This document shows, piece by piece, positions 10,150 through 20,105 of a stretch of 64,000 nt of DNA. A program made the translations under genes and the position numbers. Source of the DNA: an uncultured Acidobacteriota bacterium (lineage in GTDB: Bacteria; Acidobacteriota; JAQAZP01); NCBI GenBank assembly GCA_963836075.1, contig CAWIIB010000001.1:1888001-1952000 (forward strand), written 5' to 3'. The stretch's first letter is position 1. Each line of letters begins with the position of its first letter. The notes under the pieces were generated by a model that made no database searches, was not told the DNA's origin, and saw only the letters and a list, made by a program, of their open reading frames with translations.

Positions 10150-11891
10150 TGGGATTGGGATACCTGGCAACCCGCACGATCCACGGCCTGGCCGCAGCGC
10201 TGCTGATGGCCGTCGTCACCGTTCCGGTCCCGGCCCAGTTGTCGCCGGGAGACCTGGCCCGGCCCCACGCCGATCTGGAGGGCATGGCCAGCTGCATCTC
10301 CTGCCACAAACTCGGCGAAGGGCCCAGCGACCGGCTCTGTCTCGACTGCCACGCCGAAATCGACGAGCGGCTGAAGAGCCGCCGGGGCTACCACCACCGG
10401 CTGATGCAGGACCGGGAGAACAGCTGCCCGAAATGTCACAGCGACCACAACGGCCGCGAGTTCGAACTGATTCACTGGCCGGAGAGCGAGGAGCGGTTCG
10501 ACCACGCGCTCACCGGATACCAGTTCGAAGGCGCCCACACCGCGTTGAAGTGCCGCCAGTGCCACCAGCCGAAATACATCGCCCGCGACCTCCGGATCCT
10601 CCGGCCGGATGTGAACCTCGAGCGGACCTTCCTCGGCCTGGGCACCCGCTGCCTCCACTGCCACGAGGACCGGCACGGGGAGCAGCTGACCGACGACTGC
10701 ACGCGCTGCCACGACCAGCAGCAGTGGAAGCCGGCCCGGTTCTTCGACCACGAGCTGGCCGGGTACCGCCTCACCGGCCTCCACCAGCAGGTGGCCTGCA
10801 AGAAGTGCCACCCGGCAATACCCGGGGAGGCTGAGATGGACGGACAGCCGGCCCTCCGCTACACCGGCATCTCCTTCGGCGCCTGCACCGACTGCCACCG
10901 GGACGAGGTCCACAAGGGCCGCCTGGGCACCCGCTGCGAGGAATGCCACCAGACCGGCGGCTGGCGTCAGCCAGTGGGCGACCGAGAGCGTTTCGATCAC
11001 TCGAAAACCGTCTATCCCCTTGAGGGGCGGCACGCCGTGGTGGAGTGCCGCAAGTGCCACAAAGGACCGAAGTACACAACGCCGCTGCGTCACGGCGCCT
11101 GCGCCGACTGCCACCAGGACACGCACCAGGGCCAGTTCGCCAAGCGGGCCGACGGCGGCCGCTGCGAGAGCTGTCACGACCTGAACGGCTTCCTTCCCGC
11201 GAAATTCGACCTGCCCGAGCACCAGTTGGGCCCCTACCCGCTCACCGGGGCGCACACCGCACTGCCCTGCAGCGACTGCCACCAGCTGGAGGCGCTGCGA
11301 GGTACCGAACCTGTGCGGCGTTTCCGCATGGCTGACAGCGCATGCCAGGACTGCCACAGGGACGAGCACCGGGGGCAGTTCCCGCCCCGTCTGGGCGAAC
11401 CGTGGTGCGAGACATGCCACACCACATCGACCTGGAAGGGGGTGCAGATCGACCATGGCCTGACCCGTTTCCCGCTGGAAGCAAGCCACGGTCAGGTGGC
11501 CTGCGCCAAGTGCCACCCGCGGGTGGACGAGGGCGCCGAGAACGAGCACACCCGCTACCGGCCCCTGGAGCTGACCTGCGTCGGCTGCCACACCGACATT
11601 CACCGGGGCCAGTTCGCGGTTGGCGAAACGCCGAAAGACTGCATCACGTGCCACGCACCAGAAACCTGGAAAAAGATCACCTTCGATCACGACCGCGATT
11701 CACGGTTCTCACTCAGAGGGGCTCACGAAAGGGTACCCTGCGCCAGTTGTCACTCTCTGGAAAATGCCGGCGGCGATGGGGATGACTTTGTCCGCTACCG
11801 CCCCTTGAAAAGCGGCTGTGCCGACTGCCACCGTGGCAGTCTCGGATCCCTTGATCTCACCACTGAAGAATCCGCGCGGCCCCGACCATGA
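10149..11891 (+). CDS. Periplasmic multiheme cytochrome c (20 CxxCH)
   Basis: TGATG coupling with upstream gene; signal peptide; 20 CxxCH counted by hand; FDH..(F/Y)PLxGxH repeats. Confidence 0.93.
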   Translation: MGLGYLATRTIHGLAAALLMAVVTVPVPAQLSPGDLARPHADLEGMASCISCHKLGEGPSDRLCLDCHAEIDERLKSRRGYHHRLMQDRENSCPKCHSDHNGREFELIHWPESEERFDHALTGYQFEGAHTALKCRQCHQPKYIARDLRILRPDVNLERTFLGLGTRCLHCHEDRHGEQLTDDCTRCHDQQQWKPARFFDHELAGYRLTGLHQQVACKKCHPAIPGEAEMDGQPALRYTGISFGACTDCHRDEVHKGRLGTRCEECHQTGGWRQPVGDRERFDHSKTVYPLEGRHAVVECRKCHKGPKYTTPLRHGACADCHQDTHQGQFAKRADGGRCESCHDLNGFLPAKFDLPEHQLGPYPLTGAHTALPCSDCHQLEALRGTEPVRRFRMADSACQDCHRDEHRGQFPPRLGEPWCETCHTTSTWKGVQIDHGLTRFPLEASHGQVACAKCHPRVDEGAENEHTRYRPLELTCVGCHTDIHRGQFAVGETPKDCITCHAPETWKKITFDHDRDSRFSLRGAHERVPCASCHSLENAGGDGDDFVRYRPLKSGCADCHRGSLGSLDLTTEESARPRP

Positions 11892-12023
11892 ACTTCCTAG
11901 CGAAACCCAATAACCGCCTTGTTCTGTAGATCATACGCATAATCGTCACCGACGAAATCGTCACCGAATTACAATATTGAAAGTGCCCCACCAGCAAAAC
12001 GCCAACAGGGTGATTGTTCACCG

Positions 12024-12125
12024 GTCAACGAAATGACATTTCACTTTTAATCAATTCATTCAAAACAACTTGCCTGATACTGCACGGGGGCGCTGGAGAG
12101 CCGTCATCATGGTATGAATCTTGTA
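12024..12125 (+). promoter_or_regulatory. Putative sigma54 promoter (TGGTAT-N5-TTGTA, 12110-12125) with upstream GTCA-N6-TGAC palindrome (12024-12037)
   Basis: AT-rich intergenic region; GG-N10-GT is a variant of the -24/-12 consensus; palindrome GTCAACGAAATGAC. Confidence 0.45.
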
Positions 12126-12191
12126 TCCTATTAGACTGATAATCACTGTGGTATATGTAGGATTCAACTGATACCCATTTGATGTGAACTG

Positions 12192-14957
12192 GTGAAGGAG
12201 ATCATCTTGACCATATATCCGGGCCGTCAGATTTTGCAGAATCACGACGAACGGTCACCCTCCGGGACGGTGGGGCGGGATCGCAGGCTGCAGGACAACC
12301 CCTGGCTGCGCACTGCCCTCTTCCTGGTCCTGTTCGCAGCCCTCTTCTTTCTCACCACCGGGATGACCGGGGAAGACGACTTCCCCCACGGCGAGTTCGA
12401 CGGGGACTGCTCACTCTGCCATACCGACGAAGCCTGGGTCCCGGCGGTAATCTCACCCGAGTTCGACCATGACGAGGCATCCGGATTCACCCGGCGCGGG
12501 GCGCACCTCGACCTGCGCTGTCAGGCCTGCCACAAGAGTCTCAATTTCGCCGAAGCGCCCCGGGAGTGCGCCGGCTGCCACGAGGACGTGCACCTGGGCG
12601 AACTGGGCTCGGACTGCGGCCGTTGCCACAACCCGGAGAGCTTCATCGACCACGGTTCCTGGCTGAGGGCACACAATTCGACCCGCATGCCGCTCACCGG
12701 CCGCCACCTCACCGCCGACTGCGAAGAATGTCACCTGCCCCAGCCCCAGGGAAGACTGAAATGGGTCAACCTGCCGGTGGACTGTTATGCCTGTCACCGG
12801 GAAGAGTACCAGGGCACCAGCAATCCGAACCACGCCGACTCGGGCTTTGACACCGGGTGCGATCAGTGCCACACCACCGCCGCCTGGTTCCCGGCCTACT
12901 TCAGCCACAACTCTTCGGGCTTCCCGCTCACCGGCGGGCACGCCGGGTTGGACTGCGAGGACTGTCACGTCGGCGGCAACTACGAGAACACGCCCAGCGA
13001 CTGTTACGCCTGCCACCAGGACGACTACGACCGAACCGACGACCCGGACCACCGGGCCGCCGGTTACTCCACCGACTGCACCCAGTGCCACACCACCAGC
13101 GACTGGAGCGGGGCGGTGGACCACACCTCATTCCCGCTCACCGGGGGGCACGGCGGCCTCGACTGCAACGACTGCCACGCCGACGGCGTCTACCAGGGAA
13201 CGCCCACCGACTGCTTCGCCTGCCACCAGGACGACTACAACCGGGAGCACGCCGGCAGCGGCTTCCCCACCGACTGCACCCAGTGCCACTCCACCAGCGA
13301 CTGGGAGGGAGCCACCGACCACTCGGCCTTCCCGCTCACCGGGGCTCACGGCACGCTGGACTGTGACGCCTGTCACGGCGACGGGGTCTACGAAGGGACG
13401 CCCACCGACTGCTACGCCTGTCACCGGGATGACTACGATAATACCGACGACCCGGATCACCAGGCAGCGGGCTACCCCACCGACTGCACCCAGTGCCACT
13501 CCACCTCCAACTGGGACGCCGAGGACGCGCACACCAGCTTCCCGCTCACCGGCGGCCACGGCGGCCTCGACTGCAACGATTGTCACGCCAACGGCGTGTA
13601 CCAGGGGACGCCCACCGACTGCTACGCCTGCCACCAGGACGACTACAATGAGGAGCACGCGGGCAGCGGCTTCCCCACCGACTGCACCCAGTGCCACACC
13701 ACCGCTAACTGGGAGGGAGCCACCGACCACTCGGCCTTCCCGCTCACCGGGGCCCACGGCACACTGGACTGCGACGCCTGTCACGCCAACGGCGTGTATG
13801 AGGGGACACCCACCGACTGCTGGTCCTGCCACCAGGACGACTACAACGGCGAGCACGCCGGCAGCGGCTTCTCCCACGACTGTACCGAGTGTCACAGCAC
13901 CAGCAACTGGGACGCCGATCTCGACCACACCAGCTGGCCGCTCACCGGCGCCCACGCCGCGGTGGACTGCAGCCTCTGCCACATCGACGGGGTCTACGAA
14001 GGCACGCCCACCGACTGCTGGTCCTGTCACAGCAGCGAATACAACCAGGAACACAGCGGCAGCGGCTTCCCCCACGACTGTTCCATCTGTCACAGCACCA
14101 CCAACTGGGATGCGGAGGATGCCCACACCAGCTGGCCGCTCACCGGCGGCCACGGCGGTCTCGACTGCAACGACTGCCACGCCGGCGGGGTCTACGAGGG
14201 CACGCCCACCGACTGCTGGTCCTGTCACGAGGACGACTACAACGACGAGCATGCCGGCAGCGGATTTCCCCACGACTGCACCGAGTGTCACTCCACCACC
14301 GACTGGGACGCCGACTTCGCCCACACCAGCTGGGCGCTCAACGGGGCCCACGCATCGGTGGCCTGCAACGACTGCCACGAGAACGGGGTCTACGAGGGAA
14401 CACCCACCGACTGCTACGACTGCCACACCTCGGACTTCACCGGCGAGCACGGAGGGGACGGCTATCCCCACGACTGCCTGCTCTGCCATGACGAGAACAA
14501 CTGGGACTCCGACTACGACCACAACAGCTTCTGGCCGCTCACCGGCGCCCACCGTTTCGCCAACTGCACCGAGTGCCACATCGGCGGGGTGTATGCGGGG
14601 ACGCCGACACTCTGTTACGACTGCCACCGGGAGGAGTACGAGGACGAGCACTCCAGCAGTACGCCGCGCCAGTGCGAGGAGTGCCACAGCACCAGCGACT
14701 GGGACGACGACAGCCCCCGAACGGCCATCGCCGACCACGACGCCCTGTTCCCCATCCGCTCCGGCCGGCACCGCAACCTCTGGTTCTCCTGCCAGGACTG
14801 TCACCCCAACAAGAAGAACCCGGCTGTCTTCACCTGCGCCGGCTGCCACTCCCCCGGCGACCACCCGGCGTCAGGGCTGAAAAAGGCGAGCCCCGCCCCC
14901 TCTGTCTTCAGGAGGGCTGACCGGGACTGCCTGGTCTGTCATCCGAGGGGGGACTGA
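12192..14957 (+). CDS. Large multiheme cytochrome c (37 CxxCH) built of triheme repeats
   Basis: Hydrophobic N-terminal segment; 37 CxxCH counted; ~50-aa unit H..FPLTGxH..DCxxCH..YxGTPTDCxxCH..H..DCxxCH; exact start uncertain. Confidence 0.93.
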   Translation: MKEIILTIYPGRQILQNHDERSPSGTVGRDRRLQDNPWLRTALFLVLFAALFFLTTGMTGEDDFPHGEFDGDCSLCHTDEAWVPAVISPEFDHDEASGFTRRGAHLDLRCQACHKSLNFAEAPRECAGCHEDVHLGELGSDCGRCHNPESFIDHGSWLRAHNSTRMPLTGRHLTADCEECHLPQPQGRLKWVNLPVDCYACHREEYQGTSNPNHADSGFDTGCDQCHTTAAWFPAYFSHNSSGFPLTGGHAGLDCEDCHVGGNYENTPSDCYACHQDDYDRTDDPDHRAAGYSTDCTQCHTTSDWSGAVDHTSFPLTGGHGGLDCNDCHADGVYQGTPTDCFACHQDDYNREHAGSGFPTDCTQCHSTSDWEGATDHSAFPLTGAHGTLDCDACHGDGVYEGTPTDCYACHRDDYDNTDDPDHQAAGYPTDCTQCHSTSNWDAEDAHTSFPLTGGHGGLDCNDCHANGVYQGTPTDCYACHQDDYNEEHAGSGFPTDCTQCHTTANWEGATDHSAFPLTGAHGTLDCDACHANGVYEGTPTDCWSCHQDDYNGEHAGSGFSHDCTECHSTSNWDADLDHTSWPLTGAHAAVDCSLCHIDGVYEGTPTDCWSCHSSEYNQEHSGSGFPHDCSICHSTTNWDAEDAHTSWPLTGGHGGLDCNDCHAGGVYEGTPTDCWSCHEDDYNDEHAGSGFPHDCTECHSTTDWDADFAHTSWALNGAHASVACNDCHENGVYEGTPTDCYDCHTSDFTGEHGGDGYPHDCLLCHDENNWDSDYDHNSFWPLTGAHRFANCTECHIGGVYAGTPTLCYDCHREEYEDEHSSSTPRQCEECHSTSDWDDDSPRTAIADHDALFPIRSGRHRNLWFSCQDCHPNKKNPAVFTCAGCHSPGDHPASGLKKASPAPSVFRRADRDCLVCHPRGD
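12900..14703 (+). repeat. Intragenic tandem repeat, nine imperfect copies of ~190-205 bp
   Basis: Recurrent ccgctcaccggc/g ... acgcccaccgactgct ... gactgcacccagtgccac blocks. Confidence 0.85.
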
Positions 14958-14959
14958 AG

Positions 14960-16600
14960 ATGAACTGCAGAACCCTTCTCGTGATGTCGATTCTAGTGGC
15001 CCTGGCCGCCGCGGTTCCCGCCGCGGGTCAGGACGGAGAGCAGGCCACCTGTGAGATCACCTATCTCACCGGCAGCTCGGTCTACATCAACGCCGGCAGC
15101 GAGGACGGTCTCCGTCCCGGCGACCTGGTGGAGCTGGTCACCGCGGGAGAGGTGGTGCTGGTGCTCCGGGTGCGGGACGTCTCCAGCCGCAAGTCGGCCT
15201 GTATCCCCCAGGACCAGGATCTGAATCTGACCGGGCTGGTCAATGTGGGGGATACCATTCGCTACACCAGACGGGCGCCGCAGCCGCCGGCGGCCGCGGC
15301 CGTCACCGTGGAATCCGAAGCGGAGACCGCGGTGCTGACCGAGCAGACCGAGCCCGCACCGGCAACGAAAACCTCCGGCGAGCGAAGCCTGTTCGGCGGT
15401 CTGCGGGGCCGGGTGGGCCTGGCCTACCTGCTGGTCAACGACCGGGAGAACGACAGCGGCGGCTTTGACCGGCCGGCCATCACCCTGCGTCTGGACGGCG
15501 AGCACCTCGGCGATTCAGCCTTCAGCATCCACGTGGACACCCGGCTGCGGCGCACCACCAGCAACAGCAACAACGAGGCGGTGGCCAGCAACCGGATTTA
15601 CCGCTTCTCCGCCGAGTGGCAACGCCGGGGCTCGCCCTACCGGCTCTCCCTGGGCCGGCAGTATTCCCCGGGGCTGTCCGGGCTGAGCCTTCTCGACGGC
15701 CTGCTGGCCGAACGGCGCACCGACCGCTGGGCCTTTGGCATCTTTGCCGGGACCCAGCCGGATTACGAGGACTACAGCTTCTCCACGGACACCACCCAGT
15801 ACGGCATCTACGCCCAGCGCACCAGCTACCTCGACGCCGGGAAGAGCTGGGACGTGACCGCCGGCCTCTCCGCCAGCTACGGCAAGGGGGAGGACTTCCG
15901 CGAGTTCTTCTATCTCCAGGCCAACTACTTCACCCGGCGCTGGACCCTCTCGCTCAACCAGGAGGTGGACTTCAACCGCGACTGGAAGTCGGACGCCGGG
16001 GAGAGCACCGTCCAGCCCACGGCCACCTTCGCCATCGCCCGCTACCGGGTGAGCGACTACCTGACGCTCAACGCCGGCTACGACGACCGGCGCAACGTGA
16101 TCCTCTACCGCGAGTTCGAGAACCCGGAAACCGAGTTCGACGACGACAACCGGCAGGGGCTGTGGGGCGGGGCCGACGTGAACTTCCTCCAGCGCTTCCG
16201 TGCCGGGGTCAACTACCGCGGCAACAGCGGCGGGGACAACGGCACCTCCGACTCCTACACCCTGACCCTCGGGGCGCGGGACCTCTTCCCCTTCCACCTC
16301 GACATCGGGGCCCGCTCCACCCGGTTCGAGAACGACACCATGGAGGGCTGGCTGAACTCGCTGAACCTCTACCTGCCGCTGGGCCGGCGCACGCAGTTCT
16401 CGGTCTACGGCGGGCTGCGCCAGGACGAGTACGTCGAGGCGCTCAGCCCGGACCTGGTCAGCCAGGACCTGTTCTGGTACGGCGCGGAGATGAACCTCCG
16501 CTTTGGCAAGTCGTGGTTCTTCCTCATTTCACTGGAGAGGAATTCGGGGGACGTGGAGGATTTCGACCAGCTCTACACCATGCTCAGCTACCGCTTCTGA
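14960..16600 (+). CDS. Outer-membrane beta-barrel protein with small N-terminal periplasmic domain (putative porin of a porin-cytochrome complex)
   Basis: Signal peptide, Pro/Ala/Thr linker, alternating amphipathic aromatic-rich strands, terminal LSYRF (Bam-type C-terminal Phe); 2 nt after the 37-heme gene. Confidence 0.8.
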   Translation: MNCRTLLVMSILVALAAAVPAAGQDGEQATCEITYLTGSSVYINAGSEDGLRPGDLVELVTAGEVVLVLRVRDVSSRKSACIPQDQDLNLTGLVNVGDTIRYTRRAPQPPAAAAVTVESEAETAVLTEQTEPAPATKTSGERSLFGGLRGRVGLAYLLVNDRENDSGGFDRPAITLRLDGEHLGDSAFSIHVDTRLRRTTSNSNNEAVASNRIYRFSAEWQRRGSPYRLSLGRQYSPGLSGLSLLDGLLAERRTDRWAFGIFAGTQPDYEDYSFSTDTTQYGIYAQRTSYLDAGKSWDVTAGLSASYGKGEDFREFFYLQANYFTRRWTLSLNQEVDFNRDWKSDAGESTVQPTATFAIARYRVSDYLTLNAGYDDRRNVILYREFENPETEFDDDNRQGLWGGADVNFLQRFRAGVNYRGNSGGDNGTSDSYTLTLGARDLFPFHLDIGARSTRFENDTMEGWLNSLNLYLPLGRRTQFSVYGGLRQDEYVEALSPDLVSQDLFWYGAEMNLRFGKSWFFLISLERNSGDVEDFDQLYTMLSYRF

Positions 16601-16608
16601 GGCGCGGG

Positions 16609-19017
16609 TCAGAACCCTCCCGCCGCCACGTTGACCCCGTAGGTCCAGCCGGCAGGGAAAGCTTCCAGGGAAAACGACTGGATCACATCTGATCCGTCGT
16701 AGCGGTAGACCTTGACCGGCGACCCGGTTGACGGGTCCGGCCCGGGGCCCACCACCAGGTCATCCCGCCCGTCACCGTCCAGGTCGGCCATGGCGCAGAC
16801 CTTCGCCCCGTACTGCACCTGGCTCGGCGGCCAGGCAAAGAAGTTGAACCCGTCCAACTGGACCACCGCCACCCCGTCGTAATTCCAGCCCCGGACATGG
16901 GCCCCGAAGGCCGGCCCCGGCCCCGCGCCGCTGATCAGCTCGTCCATTCCGTCACCGTCCATGTCGCCGCAACTGACGTTCACGCCGAACTCGTTGCTGC
17001 CGTATGCAAAGAAACTCACTGCCGGGATGGCCTCGGCCGGCCCGCCGTCCACGTTCCAGCCCCGCACGTGGGGACCGAAGATCCTGCCGGGTCCGGCGCC
17101 GGTGACGATTTCGTCGTACCCGTCGCCGTCGATATCGCCGGCAGCCACATTCACCCCCCACTGGCTGGTGCCGTAAGCGAAGAAGTTGACCCACGGCGAG
17201 GGCGCCACGCTGCCGCCGCTGCCGTACTGGATCAGGTCAAAGGCGCGGACGTGGGGGCCGAACACGCGGCCCGGCCCGGCGCCGGTGATCAGTTCGCAGG
17301 TCCCGTCGTGGTCGATGTCGCCGGCACAGATGTTCACCCCGTAGCGCAGAGTGCCGTAGGCAAAGAAATTAAGTCCGGGCACGGGCAGGCCGTCCGTGGT
17401 GAACCCGCGCACCTGGGGCCCGTAGATCTCACCCGGCCCGGCGCCGGTGAGCAGCTCGTCGCGGTGATTGCCGTCCACGTCGCCGCAGCAGACGTTCACC
17501 CCGTAGCTCGGTGCTCCATAGGCGATGATCTCGTGAGTGTGCGCGGCGTCCTGCTGCGGAGGGAAGAGTCGCACCAGGGGCGGGTTGGTGAGCCCCGGAC
17601 CGGGCCCGGCCGCCAGGGCGGGAGTGGTGATCGGTGACGATTCGCCCTTGTACAGGGCACTGTAGTGCCGGGTCAGGTTGATGAACTGGTCGTTGTACTC
17701 GCTGGAGTCACAGACATCGGTCCCCTCGTAGAACTCGTTCCAGGTCTCGATGGCGATCATCGGCGCGCCCGAGGCGATGGCCGCCTCCCAGCTCTCGCGG
17801 TAGTAGCGGCCGCCCTCACGGTCGCGATAGGAGGGCGGGTAACGCACCGAAGAGTCATCGTACCCCGGCCCCACGGCAGCGGTGTGCAGCAGCTGCGGCC
17901 CGTTCAGCGCCGCACCCCAGCGGTAGCGGCTGTCGGTGACCACGTTCCAGCTGTCCTCCCGAATGATGTATGGGGCCACACCGAACTGCAGCGTGAACTG
18001 GTCCTTGAGGCAGTCGATGGACCACTGGTTGTAGTTGCCGGCAAAGTGGCTGCCGTAGAACTGGATCACCGGCCGGCCGTCCACAGTGGCCCGCAATTCG
18101 TACGGCACCATGTCAAAGAAGTCCCGCACGGTCCTCCAGAAATAGCCGTGCTCCTCGGTGGTGGTGATGTCCAGGCCGGGGTTGAGGCCCGCCTCGTACG
18201 AGTCATCCACCGACTGCAGCATGCCGGCTCGCGAACCGCCCCCGTCGAGATAGCTCATCCAGTAGAGCAGCCCCGCGCTGTCCGGCGCCCGGCCAAGGAT
18301 CAGCTGGAAGGTGTCGTTGACGTATTCCTCGTCGTCGACGATCAGGCTGCCGTATTCCGCGGAGGCGAGAACCGTGTCGATCATCCCCCGCCGTGTGCCG
18401 CCCCCGGCCAGGACATCCACCCACTGCTGCAGCTCGAAGAGATCGGGCTGGCGGTTGAGCAGCACCGTGTAGCAGCGGATGATAAAGTGGCCGTCCAACA
18501 GGAAAAGGGCTGCCCGGTAGCTGCAGTGCCGGTAGTCGTGCTGGTCGTAGTCGTAGGTCAACGGGTTCATGGTCAGGGTGACCGTGTCGTAGAACATTCC
18601 GATCTTTGGCGGGGTCTCGCCCTGGGCCGCCAGTTGCTGCGCGGCCTGCACCAGCAGCTCCAGCCCCTGGTTGCTCCAGTAGTTGTAGCGGGCAGCGGTG
18701 TGCGGAAAGCCCCAGTAGACAGGCAGCACCACATCAACACCGGCCTCGCTCATCCGGCGCAGGTTGAAGGTGTACCAGGGCAGTGATTTCCACCACAGGG
18801 GGGTGCCGGCGGGGAGCCAGGGGTGGTCGGACATCTCGCCTGGGTCTTCGTGATACCAGTAGAAAAAGTAGGTGGTGACGAGTTTGTCGTCCAGCGGGAC
18901 CGTGCCGGTTTCCGCCGCGGCGGATGCCGTGGCGCTGTTCCCGGCGGCGAAAAGCAGCCCGAGCAGCAGCACGATTCCGAAGGACGTGATCCGCTTAGCC
19001 AACCAATTGTTCCTCAT
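16609..19017 (-). CDS. Secreted DUF5010/GH99-like glycoside hydrolase with DUF4214-like insertion and C-terminal FG-GAP-like repeat module
   Basis: Signal peptide from ATG 19017; YFFYWY, GVDVVLPVYWG, IGMFYDT, IETWNEFYEGT; LGRAPDSAGLLYW insertion; GDxDGDGxDExxTGAGPG repeats. Confidence 0.72.
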   Translation of the reverse strand: MRNNWLAKRITSFGIVLLLGLLFAAGNSATASAAAETGTVPLDDKLVTTYFFYWYHEDPGEMSDHPWLPAGTPLWWKSLPWYTFNLRRMSEAGVDVVLPVYWGFPHTAARYNYWSNQGLELLVQAAQQLAAQGETPPKIGMFYDTVTLTMNPLTYDYDQHDYRHCSYRAALFLLDGHFIIRCYTVLLNRQPDLFELQQWVDVLAGGGTRRGMIDTVLASAEYGSLIVDDEEYVNDTFQLILGRAPDSAGLLYWMSYLDGGGSRAGMLQSVDDSYEAGLNPGLDITTTEEHGYFWRTVRDFFDMVPYELRATVDGRPVIQFYGSHFAGNYNQWSIDCLKDQFTLQFGVAPYIIREDSWNVVTDSRYRWGAALNGPQLLHTAAVGPGYDDSSVRYPPSYRDREGGRYYRESWEAAIASGAPMIAIETWNEFYEGTDVCDSSEYNDQFINLTRHYSALYKGESSPITTPALAAGPGPGLTNPPLVRLFPPQQDAAHTHEIIAYGAPSYGVNVCCGDVDGNHRDELLTGAGPGEIYGPQVRGFTTDGLPVPGLNFFAYGTLRYGVNICAGDIDHDGTCELITGAGPGRVFGPHVRAFDLIQYGSGGSVAPSPWVNFFAYGTSQWGVNVAAGDIDGDGYDEIVTGAGPGRIFGPHVRGWNVDGGPAEAIPAVSFFAYGSNEFGVNVSCGDMDGDGMDELISGAGPGPAFGAHVRGWNYDGVAVVQLDGFNFFAWPPSQVQYGAKVCAMADLDGDGRDDLVVGPGPDPSTGSPVKVYRYDGSDVIQSFSLEAFPAGWTYGVNVAAGGF

Positions 19018-19169
19018 GACATCAGAGAGGGTCCGATCCGACAGGGTTGCCTGAAACACCCTTGATCTGCAACCTGAATATAGGGTTCCGGAGGACAAAG
19101 GGCAAGGAAAGCGGTGCATGAACGGGAGGTCATAGTACCGCTTGCGCGCCATTCCCGACAGGCGTACAT

Positions 19170-19205
19170 AAAAAAACGGGATGAAACCCGAGAGTCTCAT
19201 CCCGT
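19170..19205 (-). terminator. Intrinsic terminator of RRM gene 1
   Basis: ACGGGATGAGAC/GTTTCATCCCGT stem followed by T7 on minus strand; conserved behind paralog. Confidence 0.8.
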
Positions 19206-19289
19206 CCTTCTCAAACGATCCCGGCCGGATCGGGTTCACCCCTCACTCAGTGCAGGGGAGTGTCCCGGTCCGGCACCGGATGCTGCGCC

Positions 19290-19550
19290 CTAGTAACGGG
19301 GACGCCGCTCTTCCCGGGGCCGGGCTTCGTTGACCTTCAGATTACGACCGCCAAGCTCCTTGCCGTCGAGGGCGCGGATGGCTTCGTCGCCGCCCGAGGA
19401 CATCTCGATGAAACCGAATCCCCGCGGACGGCCGGTGTCCCGGTCGGTGATCATCTTGACTTCATCCACGGTGCCGAACTCTTCGAACATTTCGCGGATG
19501 TCGCTCTCGGTGGAATCAAAGGACAGGTTGCCAACATAGATATTCGTCAT
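19290..19550 (-). CDS. Single-RRM RNA-binding protein (Rbp type), copy 1
   Basis: RNP2 IYVGNL and RNP1 RGFGFIEM; LKVNEARP; 86 aa. Confidence 0.95.
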   Translation of the reverse strand: MTNIYVGNLSFDSTESDIREMFEEFGTVDEVKMITDRDTGRPRGFGFIEMSSGGDEAIRALDGKELGGRNLKVNEARPREERRPRY

Positions 19551-19941
19551 GGTCTTTATTCTCGTTTCCTTTTTCATGATCGGTCTCGAGGGTGGATACC
19601 ACTCCCGATCGATCGTCCTCGCGGCCCAGCAGATTCAGCTGAAGGCTCGGAGGGCCCCTTGTGGGGCTAGTGTTCTCTTGATCCGGCACCAGTTGTCACT
19701 ATTGACCACCGGCGCATTCTCGACTCGTGCGTCGTCGCGCTCCTCTTCGCTTATTCAAACCTTGCTGCCCGCTGAAACAAAAAGAGCCTCCGCAACGGTG
19801 AATCCAGGCCGGCAGTCTGAATGGGGCGCCGTCCCGGCCACCGTCGCGGTAAGGGGTTTCCGATCCACATCCACTCAATAAAAAGAGGCGGTCTCTAGAC
19901 CGCCCCTCTCACTTGCGTGCGACATGTCCGAAAACTCAAGC
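19551..19941 (-). ncRNA. Candidate structured 5' leader RNA of RRM gene 1 with internal terminator (19877-19910)
   Basis: Colinear similarity to 23851-24236 with compensatory changes and minus-strand G-U pairs; extended -10 TGgTATAGT at 19944-19952. Confidence 0.6.
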
Positions 19942-20105
19942 GGACTATACCACCACCATGGGAAAAAGTATAGAAAAATAAAATATTTATATCGTTGTCA
20001 GGTACCGACGCCGCCCCGGGGAAGCCCGGTGTTTCATCTATCCATGCATTGTCCATGAAAACGTCCCCGGCGATGCCGCCGACGGTCACACAAGCAGCCA
20101 TGGCA

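Noticed and set aside
12900-14703. CRISPR array
   Set aside because: The repeats are in-frame coding units of ~200 bp without unique spacers; no cas genes.
12787-14880. Long alternative-frame and antisense ORFs over the 37-heme gene, and similar shadows (1989-3770, 4428-6431, 10131-11690, 56763-58562)
   Set aside because: Stop-poor shadow frames of high-GC repetitive coding DNA; no motifs, and each overlaps a well-supported gene.
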